Positions 1 to 8,184 of a stretch of 32,000 nucleotides of DNA are shown piece after piece (within the stretch, counting starts at the first letter, position 1; the number at the start of each line of letters is the position of its first letter). The notes beneath the pieces are model-generated. The model was not told the DNA's origin and did no database searches. It was given only the letters and a program-made list of their open reading frames with translations. Origin of the DNA: Dehalococcoidia bacterium (GTDB taxonomy: Bacteria; Chloroflexota; Dehalococcoidia; Tepidiformales; Tepidiformaceae); assembly GCA_050248655.1 (NCBI GenBank), contig JBFWRY010000002.1:236811-268810 (forward strand), written 5' to 3'. A program made the position numbers and the translations under genes.

Positions 1-864
1 CATCCTTGCGATTGCTTCATCGAGCGCCGCTTCAATTTCAGGGTCCAGGTCGTCGAAGAAGAACGAATCCGGTACCCCCACCCGCAATCCTGCCGCTCCC
101 TGGAGCAGGTCTGCGCTGAAATCTGGGACCGTCCGCGCGGCGGCCGTTGCATCCCGGCGGTCCGGCCCGGCCATCACTTCGAGCATGAGCGCCGCGTCGG
201 CCACGCTGCGAGCCATCGGACCGATGCTGTCCTGGCTCCAGCTCAATGGGATGCATCCGTGCCGGCTCACGCGTCCGTAAGTGGCCCGCATTCCAGCAAG
301 CCCGCAGAAACAGGCCGGATTGCGCACTGACCCGCCGGTGTCCGTCCCGGTCGCTATCGTCACAAGCCCGGACGCCAGCGCCGTCCCCGACCCGGAACTC
401 GACCCGCCGGGATATGCAGCGAGGTCCCACGGGTTCCGCGCGAAGCCGTACACGCCCATGCTTCCGGACGCGAACTCGATCAGGTTCAGCTTCCCGAGAC
501 AGATCGCCCCGGCCGCCCGCAGGCGCGCCTGCACGGTGGCGTCTTCGGTCGCAATCCTTGGCGCAATTACCCGCGATGCGCCCGTCGTCGGCATTCCCCG
601 CACATCGATGATGTCCTTGTGGGCGACTGTGATGCCATGGAGCGGTCCGCGGTAGCTGCCGCTGGCAATCTCGGCCTCGGCCGCCCGCGCCTGTTTCAGC
701 GCCCCCTCGCGGTCTACGTGGATGAAGGCGCGAAGCACTTCGTCCTGCTCGGCAATCCGGTCCAGTTGGGCTTCCACGAGCTCGACAGGGGAAACCTCGC
801 GCGCCTCGATCATCGGGGCTAACTCGGCCGCAGAAAGGAAGCAGAGATCTGTCGCTGAGGGCAC
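1..864 (-). CDS. Amidase-signature (AS) family amidase, N-terminal ~288 codons; the 3' end runs off the left edge
   Basis: Absent from the ORF track because there is no stop in the window. Minus-strand translation from GTG 864 (AGGAG 8 nt upstream) gives ..SAAELAPMIEAREVSPVELVEAQLDRI.. and the AS signature YPGGSSSGSGTALASGLVTIATGTDTGGSVRNPA (codons around 330-414), continuing open to position 1. Confidence 0.85.
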   Translation of the reverse strand, partial: MPSATDLCFLSAAELAPMIEAREVSPVELVEAQLDRIAEQDEVLRAFIHVDREGALKQARAAEAEIASGSYRGPLHGITVAHKDIIDVRGMPTTGASRVIAPRIATEDATVQARLRAAGAICLGKLNLIEFASGSMGVYGFARNPWDLAAYPGGSSSGSGTALASGLVTIATGTDTGGSVRNPACFCGLAGMRATYGRVSRHGCIPLSWSQDSIGPMARSVADAALMLEVMAGPDRRDATAAARTVPDFSADLLQGAAGLRVGVPDSFFFDDLDPEIEAALDEAIARM

Positions 865-976
865 GGCGTTCGCTCCTGCAATTGCGTCTGGACCACGATT
901 TGGCCCCGGTGCAACCGGCGTCAAGGCCTTGGCGGCCGCCTCGCCCACTCTGTCGTAGGAACGTAATCCGCCGGAA

Positions 977-2350
977 TCAAATGCTTGTCTTGTCTGCCTC
1001 GGCGCTGCCTTCTGCTCCCGTCTCCGCCGTGCCAGGCCCTCGTATCGCCCTCAGCGTGGCGCCCCCCGGTAGTCTTTCGTTTCCGGCCTTTGGAATGCCG
1101 ATCCGTTGCGACAAGTAGATGCCTCGGTGTCCGCTCACTATGTACGCCACGAAACAGGCGACGGCGAGATATGGCGCCGCCGCGCCTCCGAACAATTCGA
1201 TTCCCATCACAGTACAGGCGAGTGGGGTGTTCGCCGCCGCGCCAAACACGGCCACAAAGCCCATCCCCGCGAACAGGTCGGCGGGCGCATCCATCAGCGC
1301 CGCCAGCCGGTTTCCGAGCGTCGCGCCAATGAAGAACAGCGGAGTCACCTCGCCTCCCTTGAACCCGCTCCCCAGCGCCAGCGCAGTGAATGCGATCTTC
1401 CACCACCACGAAAATGGGTCCGCGCCGCCGGGCTCGAAGCTCGACACGATCGTCGTCGCCCCTGCGTCCGGCGACGTCACCCCGAGCCCCAGGTAGTCTC
1501 GGGTCCCCAACAGGTACACAAGGGCGATGGTCAACGCTCCGCCAACGGCCGGACGGAAGAGCGCGCTCCCGATCGCGCGGCGAAACACCCGGCCCAGACC
1601 GTGGGTCAGCTCCGTGAAGAACAGCGCCGCCAGGCCAAAGGCGACACCTCCGAGTGCCGCCTTGGCCATGAGCAGCGCATCGAACGGCAGTCGGCCGTCG
1701 CGGGCAACGATCGATACCTGGTACACCGTGTGATGCGCGTCCCACGCTGCGGCCGTGTAATCCGCGACCAGTGCCGCATACAGCACGGGGATCAGCGCCC
1801 CGTACTCCATTCGTCCGATCGCGAGCACTTCCATCGCGAACACGGCGCCGGCCAGCGGAGTCCCGAACACCGCCCCGAACCCGGCAGCAACCCCTGCCAT
1901 CAGCAACGTACGCAGCTCCGGCGGCCCGAGGCGCAAGACACGGTTTGACGCGCTCGCAATCCCGCCCCCCATCTGCACCGCTGTCCCTTCTCGGCCCACC
2001 GATGCTCCGAAAAGGTGCGCGAGCACCGTCGTGCCGAAGATGAGCGGCGTGATCCGTGCCGGAATACCGCCGCCCGGCTGATGGATTTCATCCACGATCA
2101 GGTTGTTGCCGCCCTCTACCGCCCGGCCATATCGCTGGTACGCCGCAGCGCTCACGACCCCGGCGACAGGCAGCATGAAGAGGAGCCAGCCGTGCTCCCA
2201 CCGCGTCTCCGTCGCCCATTCGAGTGACCAGAGAAACGCTGCCGACGCCGTACCGATGGCTGCCGCGACGGGCGTCAGGATGAACAGCCAGCGCACCATG
2301 TAACGGGCCACGGCCGCCTGCTCCCAGAGACTCGTCCGTAGTGCCGTCAT
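977..2350 (-). CDS. eriC: CLC-F type fluoride/proton antiporter (CLC family, fluoride-specific clade)
   Basis: 457-aa polytopic membrane ORF. It has GGNNLI in place of the canonical GSGIP and GREGT in place of GKEGP, the Asn/Thr pair I recall for the CLC-F clade. A fluoride riboswitch lies directly upstream. ATG at 2350. Confidence 0.9.
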   Translation of the reverse strand: MTALRTSLWEQAAVARYMVRWLFILTPVAAAIGTASAAFLWSLEWATETRWEHGWLLFMLPVAGVVSAAAYQRYGRAVEGGNNLIVDEIHQPGGGIPARITPLIFGTTVLAHLFGASVGREGTAVQMGGGIASASNRVLRLGPPELRTLLMAGVAAGFGAVFGTPLAGAVFAMEVLAIGRMEYGALIPVLYAALVADYTAAAWDAHHTVYQVSIVARDGRLPFDALLMAKAALGGVAFGLAALFFTELTHGLGRVFRRAIGSALFRPAVGGALTIALVYLLGTRDYLGLGVTSPDAGATTIVSSFEPGGADPFSWWWKIAFTALALGSGFKGGEVTPLFFIGATLGNRLAALMDAPADLFAGMGFVAVFGAAANTPLACTVMGIELFGGAAAPYLAVACFVAYIVSGHRGIYLSQRIGIPKAGNERLPGGATLRAIRGPGTAETGAEGSAEADKTSI

Positions 2351-2417
2351 GCCGGCCGCCTCGGCCGCGGTTCGTTCATCGGGAAGGTGGCAAGGTCCAG
2401 GGCGCGGCCTCCCACGA

Positions 2418-2492
2418 TTTCGTAGGAGTCATCAGCTCGCCGCGCACTCGTTTGCGCAGAGAGCGGTTCACGGCAGGACCCCATCGCCGGAC
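2418..2492 (-). promoter_or_regulatory. Fluoride riboswitch (crcB RNA motif) in the 5' leader of the CLC-F gene
   Basis: Minus strand reads CCGGCGAUGGGGUCCUGCCGUGAACCGCUC..(insert hairpin GCGCA/UGCGC)..GAGCUGAUGACUCCUACGAAA. This matches the remembered consensus GGCGAUGGnGUUCGCC-AAAC-GCUC..GAGC-URAUGAnnCCUAC. P1 is CGGC/GCCG, P3 is GCUC/GAGC, and the pseudoknot GGGGU/ACUCC covaries relative to GGUGU/ACACC of the Thermotoga example. Confidence 0.88.
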
Positions 2493-2517
2493 ACGGACGG
2501 TAAGTCTAATCCGGGGT

Positions 2518-2973
2518 TCAGGAAAGGGACGACTGGACGGCGCCGGCCCCGGTAACGGACCCCGCCAGCGGCACGTCGCTGCACACATCCCGCGCCAGTC
2601 TCGTCGCGACGATGTTCTTGAGTTCCGCCACATGCGGTGCGAACCGGGCGTCCCATTCAGCCTGGATCTGCGCATCGCCAGCGAAGCCGCGATCGTACGG
2701 CGGACTTGGCCGCTTCGACGCCAGAGAGAGAAAGAGCTCGCGCCAGAGTCGGAGTACTCCCGCATCCGGGTTCGCCCCGCTCCACCGAAGCGTCCGCTCC
2801 TGCATGAACCACGATGCCCACTGGTGGTCCCATGACTTCTCCATGAGCTGCGCCCGGGCTTCTTCATGCCAGAACGGCTGCAGCAGCTCCTCGCGGTCGA
2901 TGCCCTGGTGGCTCGCCCACAGGTACCCGTCGATCCGCAGGGCGCAGAGGCGAAGGACCTCGATCTCCGTCAT
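2518..2973 (-). CDS. Hypothetical protein (151 aa, Trp-rich, no recognised domain)
   Basis: Internal ATG 2973 of ORF 2518..3234 is preceded by GAGGA with 7-nt spacing. Third-position GC is high throughout. The upstream part of the listed ORF looks non-coding. Confidence 0.55.
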   Translation of the reverse strand: MTEIEVLRLCALRIDGYLWASHQGIDREELLQPFWHEEARAQLMEKSWDHQWASWFMQERTLRWSGANPDAGVLRLWRELFLSLASKRPSPPYDRGFAGDAQIQAEWDARFAPHVAELKNIVATRLARDVCSDVPLAGSVTGAGAVQSSLS

Positions 2974-3172
2974 TGCGGCGTCCTCGGCGACTGGCGCTGG
3001 TCCCGACGCATCACGGCGTGGCTGCTGGCCGTCCACGCCGCCAACTCTAGCCCAATGAGCATCGCCCTTGGAACCCGGCCCCGTGATTCTTCGGTCACGC
3101 CCTCGCCCGGCGGGATATACTTGGGGCCAGTCCGTCAGACCTCGCGGTCGTTTGGTGGGCAGGGGGTGGAAC

Positions 3173-3961
3173 GTGGAGCAGTTCAATTCCACCCGCGATC
3201 CCATTTCGGATCCGTTCTTCGGGGACCACACCATCCAGCCCGCTGCAACGGCGATCGCGGACGAAATTCGCTATTCCGGCGATTGGATCTTCCTCCGAAT
3301 GTCGCCCGTCTTCTACGGAATGGGGGTCCCACGGGGCCATCGCGAGCCCGTGGTCCTCGTCCCCGGCTTCTTCGGTGTCGATCTCTCGCTGGCACAGATG
3401 TACTGGTGGCTCTGGCGCATCGGCTACTCGCCCTATTACTCAGGGCTCGGGCTCAACGTCGACTGCCCGGATGCCTCTGCCGACGCCCTCATGGGCGTCG
3501 TCCGCCGCGCAGTACGCGAATCCGGTGGTCAGCGCGTCCGCATCATCGGGCACAGTCTCGGTGGACTGCTCGCCCGCAGCGTTGCAATCGACCACCCGCA
3601 TCTCGTCGAGATGCTGATCTCACTCGCATCCCCGTTTAACGATGTCGCCCGCGTGCATCCGCTGCTGATCGAAGCGATGTCTGCCGTTCGCAGCCGTGCC
3701 GGCCAGCACCCTGTGCGCCGTATTCAGCCCACCTGTTACAGCGGCCACTGCAGCTGCGCATTTACCAGGAACCTGCTCCAGGGTAGCCACCATGGATTCC
3801 GCAAGTACGCCCTCTACGCAAAACACGACGGCCTCGTCGATTGGACGAGCTGCATCGAGACTGACGCCACCCTCAACTACGGGATCTCGACTTCCCACAA
3901 CGGCGTCATCGCAAACGCAGAGGCGTTCAGCCGGATAGCTGAACGCCTCGCAAATGGGTAA
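3173..3961 (+). CDS. Alpha/beta-fold hydrolase, lipase/esterase-like
   Basis: Nucleophile elbow GHSLGG and the motif VVLVPGFFG.D.SL typical of lipase-family alpha/beta hydrolases. The start is uncertain: GTG 3173 follows GGGGGTGG, and the listed ORF begins at TTG 3068. Confidence 0.75.
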   Translation: MEQFNSTRDPISDPFFGDHTIQPAATAIADEIRYSGDWIFLRMSPVFYGMGVPRGHREPVVLVPGFFGVDLSLAQMYWWLWRIGYSPYYSGLGLNVDCPDASADALMGVVRRAVRESGGQRVRIIGHSLGGLLARSVAIDHPHLVEMLISLASPFNDVARVHPLLIEAMSAVRSRAGQHPVRRIQPTCYSGHCSCAFTRNLLQGSHHGFRKYALYAKHDGLVDWTSCIETDATLNYGISTSHNGVIANAEAFSRIAERLANG

Positions 3962-3982
3962 CCGGGAACTCGTCCGGGAGGA

Positions 3983-4432
3983 CTAGGACTTCGAGCCTGC
4001 CCCCGCGAACATATTCACGCTGCTCTGGATGAATTCAGCGAACGGGTTCGCCGCAAGCCATTCTCGCGAAAGCGCTGCTGCCGCTTCGCCGGCCGTCTTG
4101 CTTGCTGCCATCAGCGTGTCCAGCGTCTCGCGCGCTTCGGTGCCCGCCGCTACCGACTCCTTGTATGCCATCTGCGCGAATTCCAACGCCTGGCTCTGCG
4201 CCGCGGCTGTCGCTTCCATCACCGACGTGTAGGCGAGGCTCACGTTGCCGGGCTCGGCCGCCACCTTCTTCGCAAGCTCGATCGTCGCGCGTTGGCGCTT
4301 CACGACTTCGGCCATGTACTGCTGCGAGATCTTCAGCCCTCGTTCGCCGGCGTGTTCGGCCGCCTTGGTCATCGCGTCGTAGCTCGTGAGCAGTGCGTCG
4401 AAGTATTCGCGAGTGCGGGTTTCCGTGGTCAT
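3983..4432 (-). CDS. phaP: Phasin-like PHA granule-associated protein
   Basis: 149-aa Ala/Glu/Lys-rich protein predicted to be all amphipathic helix, divergent from phaQ-phaR-phaC. The second ATG (4432) has GGAGG 8 nt upstream; the listed ATG 4447 is itself part of that SD. Confidence 0.6.
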   Translation of the reverse strand: MTTETRTREYFDALLTSYDAMTKAAEHAGERGLKISQQYMAEVVKRQRATIELAKKVAAEPGNVSLAYTSVMEATAAAQSQALEFAQMAYKESVAAGTEARETLDTLMAASKTAGEAAAALSREWLAANPFAEFIQSSVNMFAGAGSKS

Positions 4433-4476
4433 TTCTGGAGCCTCCATCAGCTATCTGATCGAAACGTATCCGTTGC

Positions 4477-4505
4477 TGCACGTAAGTGCAATGTGCACAT
4501 TGCAC
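4477..4505. promoter_or_regulatory. Candidate operator: 20-bp perfect palindrome GTGCAATGTGCACATTGCAC (4486-4505) plus a flanking TGCAC half-site (4477-4481)
   Basis: Read directly from the sequence; the 20-mer equals its own reverse complement. It lies in the phaP/phaQ divergent intergenic region. It overlaps a minus-strand promoter-like TTGCAC-17nt-TACGTT and a plus-strand TTGCTG-17nt-CACATT. Confidence 0.55.
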
Positions 4506-4508
4506 CAA

Positions 4509-4940
4509 ATGGCAGATAGAGGCACACTGATCATCATGACCCCAACCGGAAAGCGCTCGTCCGCTGAAAAGGCTCCACCCGTCGCCGAGCCCCGTCTCAA
4601 TGGTGACCTGCTCGCGACCAGCCTCCTCGCATTTCTCAAGAGCTATAACGCCTATGGCTATCAGCTTTCCCAGCAACTGAGCGGCGCCGGCCTCCCCCAG
4701 TTCGACTCTGGCACCGTCTACCGCACGCTTCGCCAGCTTGAGAAGTCGGGCATGGTCTCGTCGTTCTGGGACACGTCGGCCAACGGCCCCGCCCGCCGCA
4801 TGTACAGCCTCACAAAGGCCGGGGACCTGTTCCTCGGGAGCTGGATCGAGACCATGCAGCGCTACCAGGCCGTGCTCGCCACAGCCCTGACCGGGTTCGC
4901 TCCGGCGGACCAAACGCCAGCGAAACCGGAGGAATCATGA
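4509..4940 (+). CDS. phaQ: PadR-family transcriptional regulator, PhaQ-like (PHB-responsive repressor type)
   Basis: Winged-helix core LLAFLKSYNAYGYQLSQQL..DSGTVYRTLRQLEKSGMV..RRMYSLTKAG is typical of PadR. It sits next to phaP and is coupled to phaR by an ATGA overlap at 4937-4940. The start is uncertain (ATG 4509 or ATG 4536). Confidence 0.75.
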   Translation: MADRGTLIIMTPTGKRSSAEKAPPVAEPRLNGDLLATSLLAFLKSYNAYGYQLSQQLSGAGLPQFDSGTVYRTLRQLEKSGMVSSFWDTSANGPARRMYSLTKAGDLFLGSWIETMQRYQAVLATALTGFAPADQTPAKPEES

Positions 4941-5314
4941 CCAGCCAGCAGCAATCCCCCAACCCCGATTTCGCCGCCGCCTGGCGCGATTGGCTCAGCA
5001 AGTCCGAGGGCCAGTGGAACAGCTACCTCAACCAGGTCATGGGTACGCCAGAGTTCAGCCAGAGCGCAGGCCGCTCGATGGACCTCTACCTCCACTTCCA
5101 GCGCACCATGAACGAAGCGATGGGTGCCTGGTTCACCGCCATCAACGTCCCCACCCGAAACGACGTGCTTGAACTCGGTGAGCGCCTCCTTGAGATCGAG
5201 GGCCGCCTCGCCGCCATCGAAGCCGCCCTTTCACGCGTCACCGGCCCCGCCAACGACGCGCATCCCTCCCGTCCCCCCCGGACGAAGCGCCCGCCCTCCC
5301 CTTCCAATTCCTAA
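4937..5314 (+). CDS. phaR: PHA synthase small subunit PhaR (class IV type; PhaE-like)
   Basis: DFAAAWRDWLSKSEGQWNSYL..EFSQSAGRSMDLYLHFQRTMNE..INVPTRNDVLELGERLLEIEGRLAAIEAAL parallels my recollection of Bacillus megaterium PhaR (DPFQAWKDVYDKTESYW..EFSEWMG..NVPTKEDIARV..LENKVDNIEE). GGAGGA lies upstream and the gene directly precedes phaC. Confidence 0.7.
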   Translation: MTSQQQSPNPDFAAAWRDWLSKSEGQWNSYLNQVMGTPEFSQSAGRSMDLYLHFQRTMNEAMGAWFTAINVPTRNDVLELGERLLEIEGRLAAIEAALSRVTGPANDAHPSRPPRTKRPPSPSNS

Positions 5315-5374
5315 ACGCCTCGTAATGCGCTGTTCATGCTTGTCTGCGATGCTGCATACGCGAGTGGAGGGACC

Positions 5375-6565
5375 ATGCCTGCCGGTACACGAAGTTTCGG
5401 TGGGCGCCAGGGGTCTCACCCCTCTCAGCGGCAGTCCGGGAAGCGGCGAAAGGACCAGTCCGTGGCGACTCAGACGCAGTCCGCCCCACGCGAAGCAGAC
5501 GATCCGGAACTCCGGGAACGCATCCGCACGACCGTTGAGCGGAGCATGCGTCGCGGCCTGGTCGGTCTCGAATACATCACGATCGAGGACACCGATGTCG
5601 GCAAGACGCCGAAGGAAACCGTCCTTGTCAGTGCAAACGGCGCCCACAAGCTCTACCACTACCGGGCCCAGACCGACGAGATCTACCGCGTCCCGCTCCT
5701 CTTCGTGACGTCTCTCGTCAGCAAGCCGTATATCCTCGACCTCACCCCCGGCCAGAGCCTGATCGAGTACCTCGTCCGCCAGGGATACGACGTTTACCTG
5801 ATCGACTGGGGCATCCCCCGCGCGCGCGACTCCAGTCTCCGGCTCGAGGACTACGCGCTCGATTTCCTTCCGAAGTGTGTCGATAGGGTCTTGGAGCGCT
5901 CTGGCGAGGAAGAAGTCACCATCGCCGGCTATTGCCTCGGTGGCACGCTCGCCCTCTGCTATGCCGCCGCGCACCCTGAAGCGCCGATCAAGAACCTGGC
6001 CTGCATCACGACGCCGGTGAACTTCCACGGCATGGGCCTCTTCTCAAAGTGGACCGACCGCCGCTACTTCGATGTCGATCGCGTTGTCGATACCCTTGGT
6101 AACGTCCCCGGTGAACTCCTCCTGTCTGCTTTCGATGGCCTCCGGCCGGCTGGCCGCATGACCAGCACGCTTCAGGCCTGGGATCGCCTTCAGGAGAGCG
6201 AGTACGTCCGCACCTTCCTCCTCTTCGACCGCTGGGCTGCCGACCAGATCCCCTTCGCCGGCGAAGCCTTCCGCCAGCTGACGAAAGAACTCATGTGGGA
6301 TAACAAGCTGCTCGACGGCACCCTTGAGTTGGCCGGACACACCATCGACATTCGCGGACTCGATATGCCCGTGTTCCACGCCATGGCCGAACACGACCAT
6401 ATCGTCCCCTACGAAGCCGCCAAACACCTCACCGGTATGCTCGCGTCGGAGGACAAAGAAGAAATCGTCTTGCGTGGTGGACACGTCAGTCTGGTCGCAG
6501 GGGGCAACGCCCTCTATCGTCTGTGGCCGAAGTTGGATCAATGGCTATCGACGCGCTCCGTCTAA
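5375..6565 (+). CDS. phaC: Poly(3-hydroxyalkanoate) synthase catalytic subunit PhaC (class III/IV)
   Basis: Lipase-box with Cys nucleophile GYCLGG, plus YLIDWG and a conserved C-terminal His region. Length of ~396 aa fits the class III/IV size. ATG 5375 follows GGAGGG; the listed ORF starts at 5336. Confidence 0.9.
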   Translation: MPAGTRSFGGRQGSHPSQRQSGKRRKDQSVATQTQSAPREADDPELRERIRTTVERSMRRGLVGLEYITIEDTDVGKTPKETVLVSANGAHKLYHYRAQTDEIYRVPLLFVTSLVSKPYILDLTPGQSLIEYLVRQGYDVYLIDWGIPRARDSSLRLEDYALDFLPKCVDRVLERSGEEEVTIAGYCLGGTLALCYAAAHPEAPIKNLACITTPVNFHGMGLFSKWTDRRYFDVDRVVDTLGNVPGELLLSAFDGLRPAGRMTSTLQAWDRLQESEYVRTFLLFDRWAADQIPFAGEAFRQLTKELMWDNKLLDGTLELAGHTIDIRGLDMPVFHAMAEHDHIVPYEAAKHLTGMLASEDKEEIVLRGGHVSLVAGGNALYRLWPKLDQWLSTRSV

Positions 6566-7167
6566 CGCACGCATCGCCGGATGCACGCTACCCCGCCAAT
6601 ACCACCATTGGCGGCCGCCCCTACACGCTCCGCCTCATGACGCAGGATGACGCTCCACTCGTCATAACGTTCGGGCGTAGCCTGAGCGACGACGATCAGC
6701 TCTACCTCCGCCGCGACATCACCCGTGTCGGCGAAGTGAACGCCTGGGTCCGCCGCCTCTCGCCTCAGTCGTTCCAGACGCTGCTCCTGGTCGATGCGAA
6801 CGGTGAAGTTGGCGCCTATGCCAACATCGATCGCAGCCCAATCCCCTGGATGCACCACGTCGCCGAGCTTCGTGTCCTCGTGGGCCAGCCTCTCCGGGGC
6901 CTCGGCACCGCGCGCCTTCTGACCGAAGAAGCGTTCCGCGTCGCCCTTGAAATGGGCGTAGAGAAGATCATCGGCCAGCTTATGGTCGAACAGGTCGATC
7001 CGATCGCCATCTTCCGCTCCCTCGGCTTCCAGCCTGAAGCCCTGCTCCGCGATCACGTCAAAGATCGACAGGGCGGGCTTCACGACCTCGTCATCCTTAG
7101 CTGCCAGGTCGGCTCACTCGGTTCGAAGCTCGAGATGTACGGCGTCACGGCCGCCCTCGCTGATTAG
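6541..7167 (+). CDS. GNAT-family N-acetyltransferase
   Basis: GNAT core motif LRVLVGQPLRGLGTARLLTEEAFRVALEMGVEKI (the Q/RxxGxG/A acetyl-CoA loop). It overlaps the phaC 3' end by ~25 nt. Start is ATG 6541 or GTG 6523. Confidence 0.75.
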   Translation: MAIDALRLTHASPDARYPANTTIGGRPYTLRLMTQDDAPLVITFGRSLSDDDQLYLRRDITRVGEVNAWVRRLSPQSFQTLLLVDANGEVGAYANIDRSPIPWMHHVAELRVLVGQPLRGLGTARLLTEEAFRVALEMGVEKIIGQLMVEQVDPIAIFRSLGFQPEALLRDHVKDRQGGLHDLVILSCQVGSLGSKLEMYGVTAALAD

Positions 7168-7236
7168 CAGCGACCTTCCCCCGCCCGACACCGCCGCCTG
7201 CTACCATCCTCCGACTCTGAGCCACGGAGCCCGACG

Positions 7237-8163
7237 ATGCTGTTTGTGACCGGCGCCACTGGATACCTCGGATCTGCCCTCGTCGAGTTGCTTGTCAACG
7301 AGGGCCACGCCGTTCGCGCGATGGTGCGGACGCCCGCGAAGGCCAGCGTCCTCCCTCCCGGCGTCGACCACTTCGCCGGCGATATCTCCGATGAGGATGC
7401 GCTCGCGGACGGCATGAATGGCTGCGCCGGCGTCTTTCATTTCGCTGCCGCCATGGGCGTTTCGTGGGAAGAATCGCGCGAGGGCAACCCGGGCGGCACG
7501 GGTCGCGTCCTCCGCGCCGCGCGTCGTGCCGGCGTCAAACGCGTCGTCTACACCAGCAGCAGCGCCGCGATCATTCAGCCGGATGGCCTCGTCAGCGAAC
7601 GGAACGAAAACGCCACCGGACTTGTCGACCAGTACTCGGTCACGAAAAAAGAGGCCGAGACCGTCGTCTTCGATGCCGTCCGCGACGGTCAGGACGCCAA
7701 CATCGTCAACGTAGTCAACGCATACGGCCCCAGCCCCGCCGGTCCTCTGAGCTACAACCGGCTCTTCCTCGCGGCCGCGGCCGGCCAGGTCCCGGTCGTG
7801 GTCGATGCGCAGGTCGCGTGGGTGCTGGCCTCGGACGTGGCACGGGCACACCTCCTCGCCTATGAGAAGGGAGAACCTGGAAAGCGGTACGTCGCCAGCG
7901 GCGAAGTTGCCACCTTTCCCCGCGTCCTGGATGTGTTCAACCGGCTCTGGGGTGTCGCACCCAATATCGACGTACTGCCTCGCGGTTCGGACATCCCCCG
8001 CGACCGTCTCTGGGGTCACGCCATCCGTTCGGAGGTCTACGGCAAGCTCGGCCCCATGACCATCGATGACACGAACGCTCGTGCGCTCGGGTTCGCCCCC
8101 ACGGGGATCGACCAGGGTCTTCAGGTCACCGTCGACTGGCTAAGGGGCATCGGCGCCTCCTGA
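7237..8163 (+). CDS. NAD(P)-dependent epimerase/dehydratase-family oxidoreductase (extended SDR)
   Basis: N-terminal Rossmann motif MLFVTGATGYLGSALV, an SDR-like body and GGAG 8 nt upstream of the ATG. Confidence 0.8.
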   Translation: MLFVTGATGYLGSALVELLVNEGHAVRAMVRTPAKASVLPPGVDHFAGDISDEDALADGMNGCAGVFHFAAAMGVSWEESREGNPGGTGRVLRAARRAGVKRVVYTSSSAAIIQPDGLVSERNENATGLVDQYSVTKKEAETVVFDAVRDGQDANIVNVVNAYGPSPAGPLSYNRLFLAAAAGQVPVVVDAQVAWVLASDVARAHLLAYEKGEPGKRYVASGEVATFPRVLDVFNRLWGVAPNIDVLPRGSDIPRDRLWGHAIRSEVYGKLGPMTIDDTNARALGFAPTGIDQGLQVTVDWLRGIGAS

Positions 8164-8184
8164 TGGGGCGCCGCTCGATCGGGA

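Noticed and set aside
5231-6028. Long antisense or alternative-frame ORFs. Examples: 5231-6028(-), 7201-8019(-), 8763-9608(-), 15512-16654(+), 17581-18207(+), 21244-21867(+), 22814-23413(+), 26310-27608(+), 27517-28500(-), 31104-31934(-)
   Set aside because: Each lies opposite or out of frame with a gene that has clear family motifs. Their translations are low-complexity and Arg/Gly/Pro/Asp-rich with no recognisable domains, as expected for spurious ORFs in GC-rich DNA.
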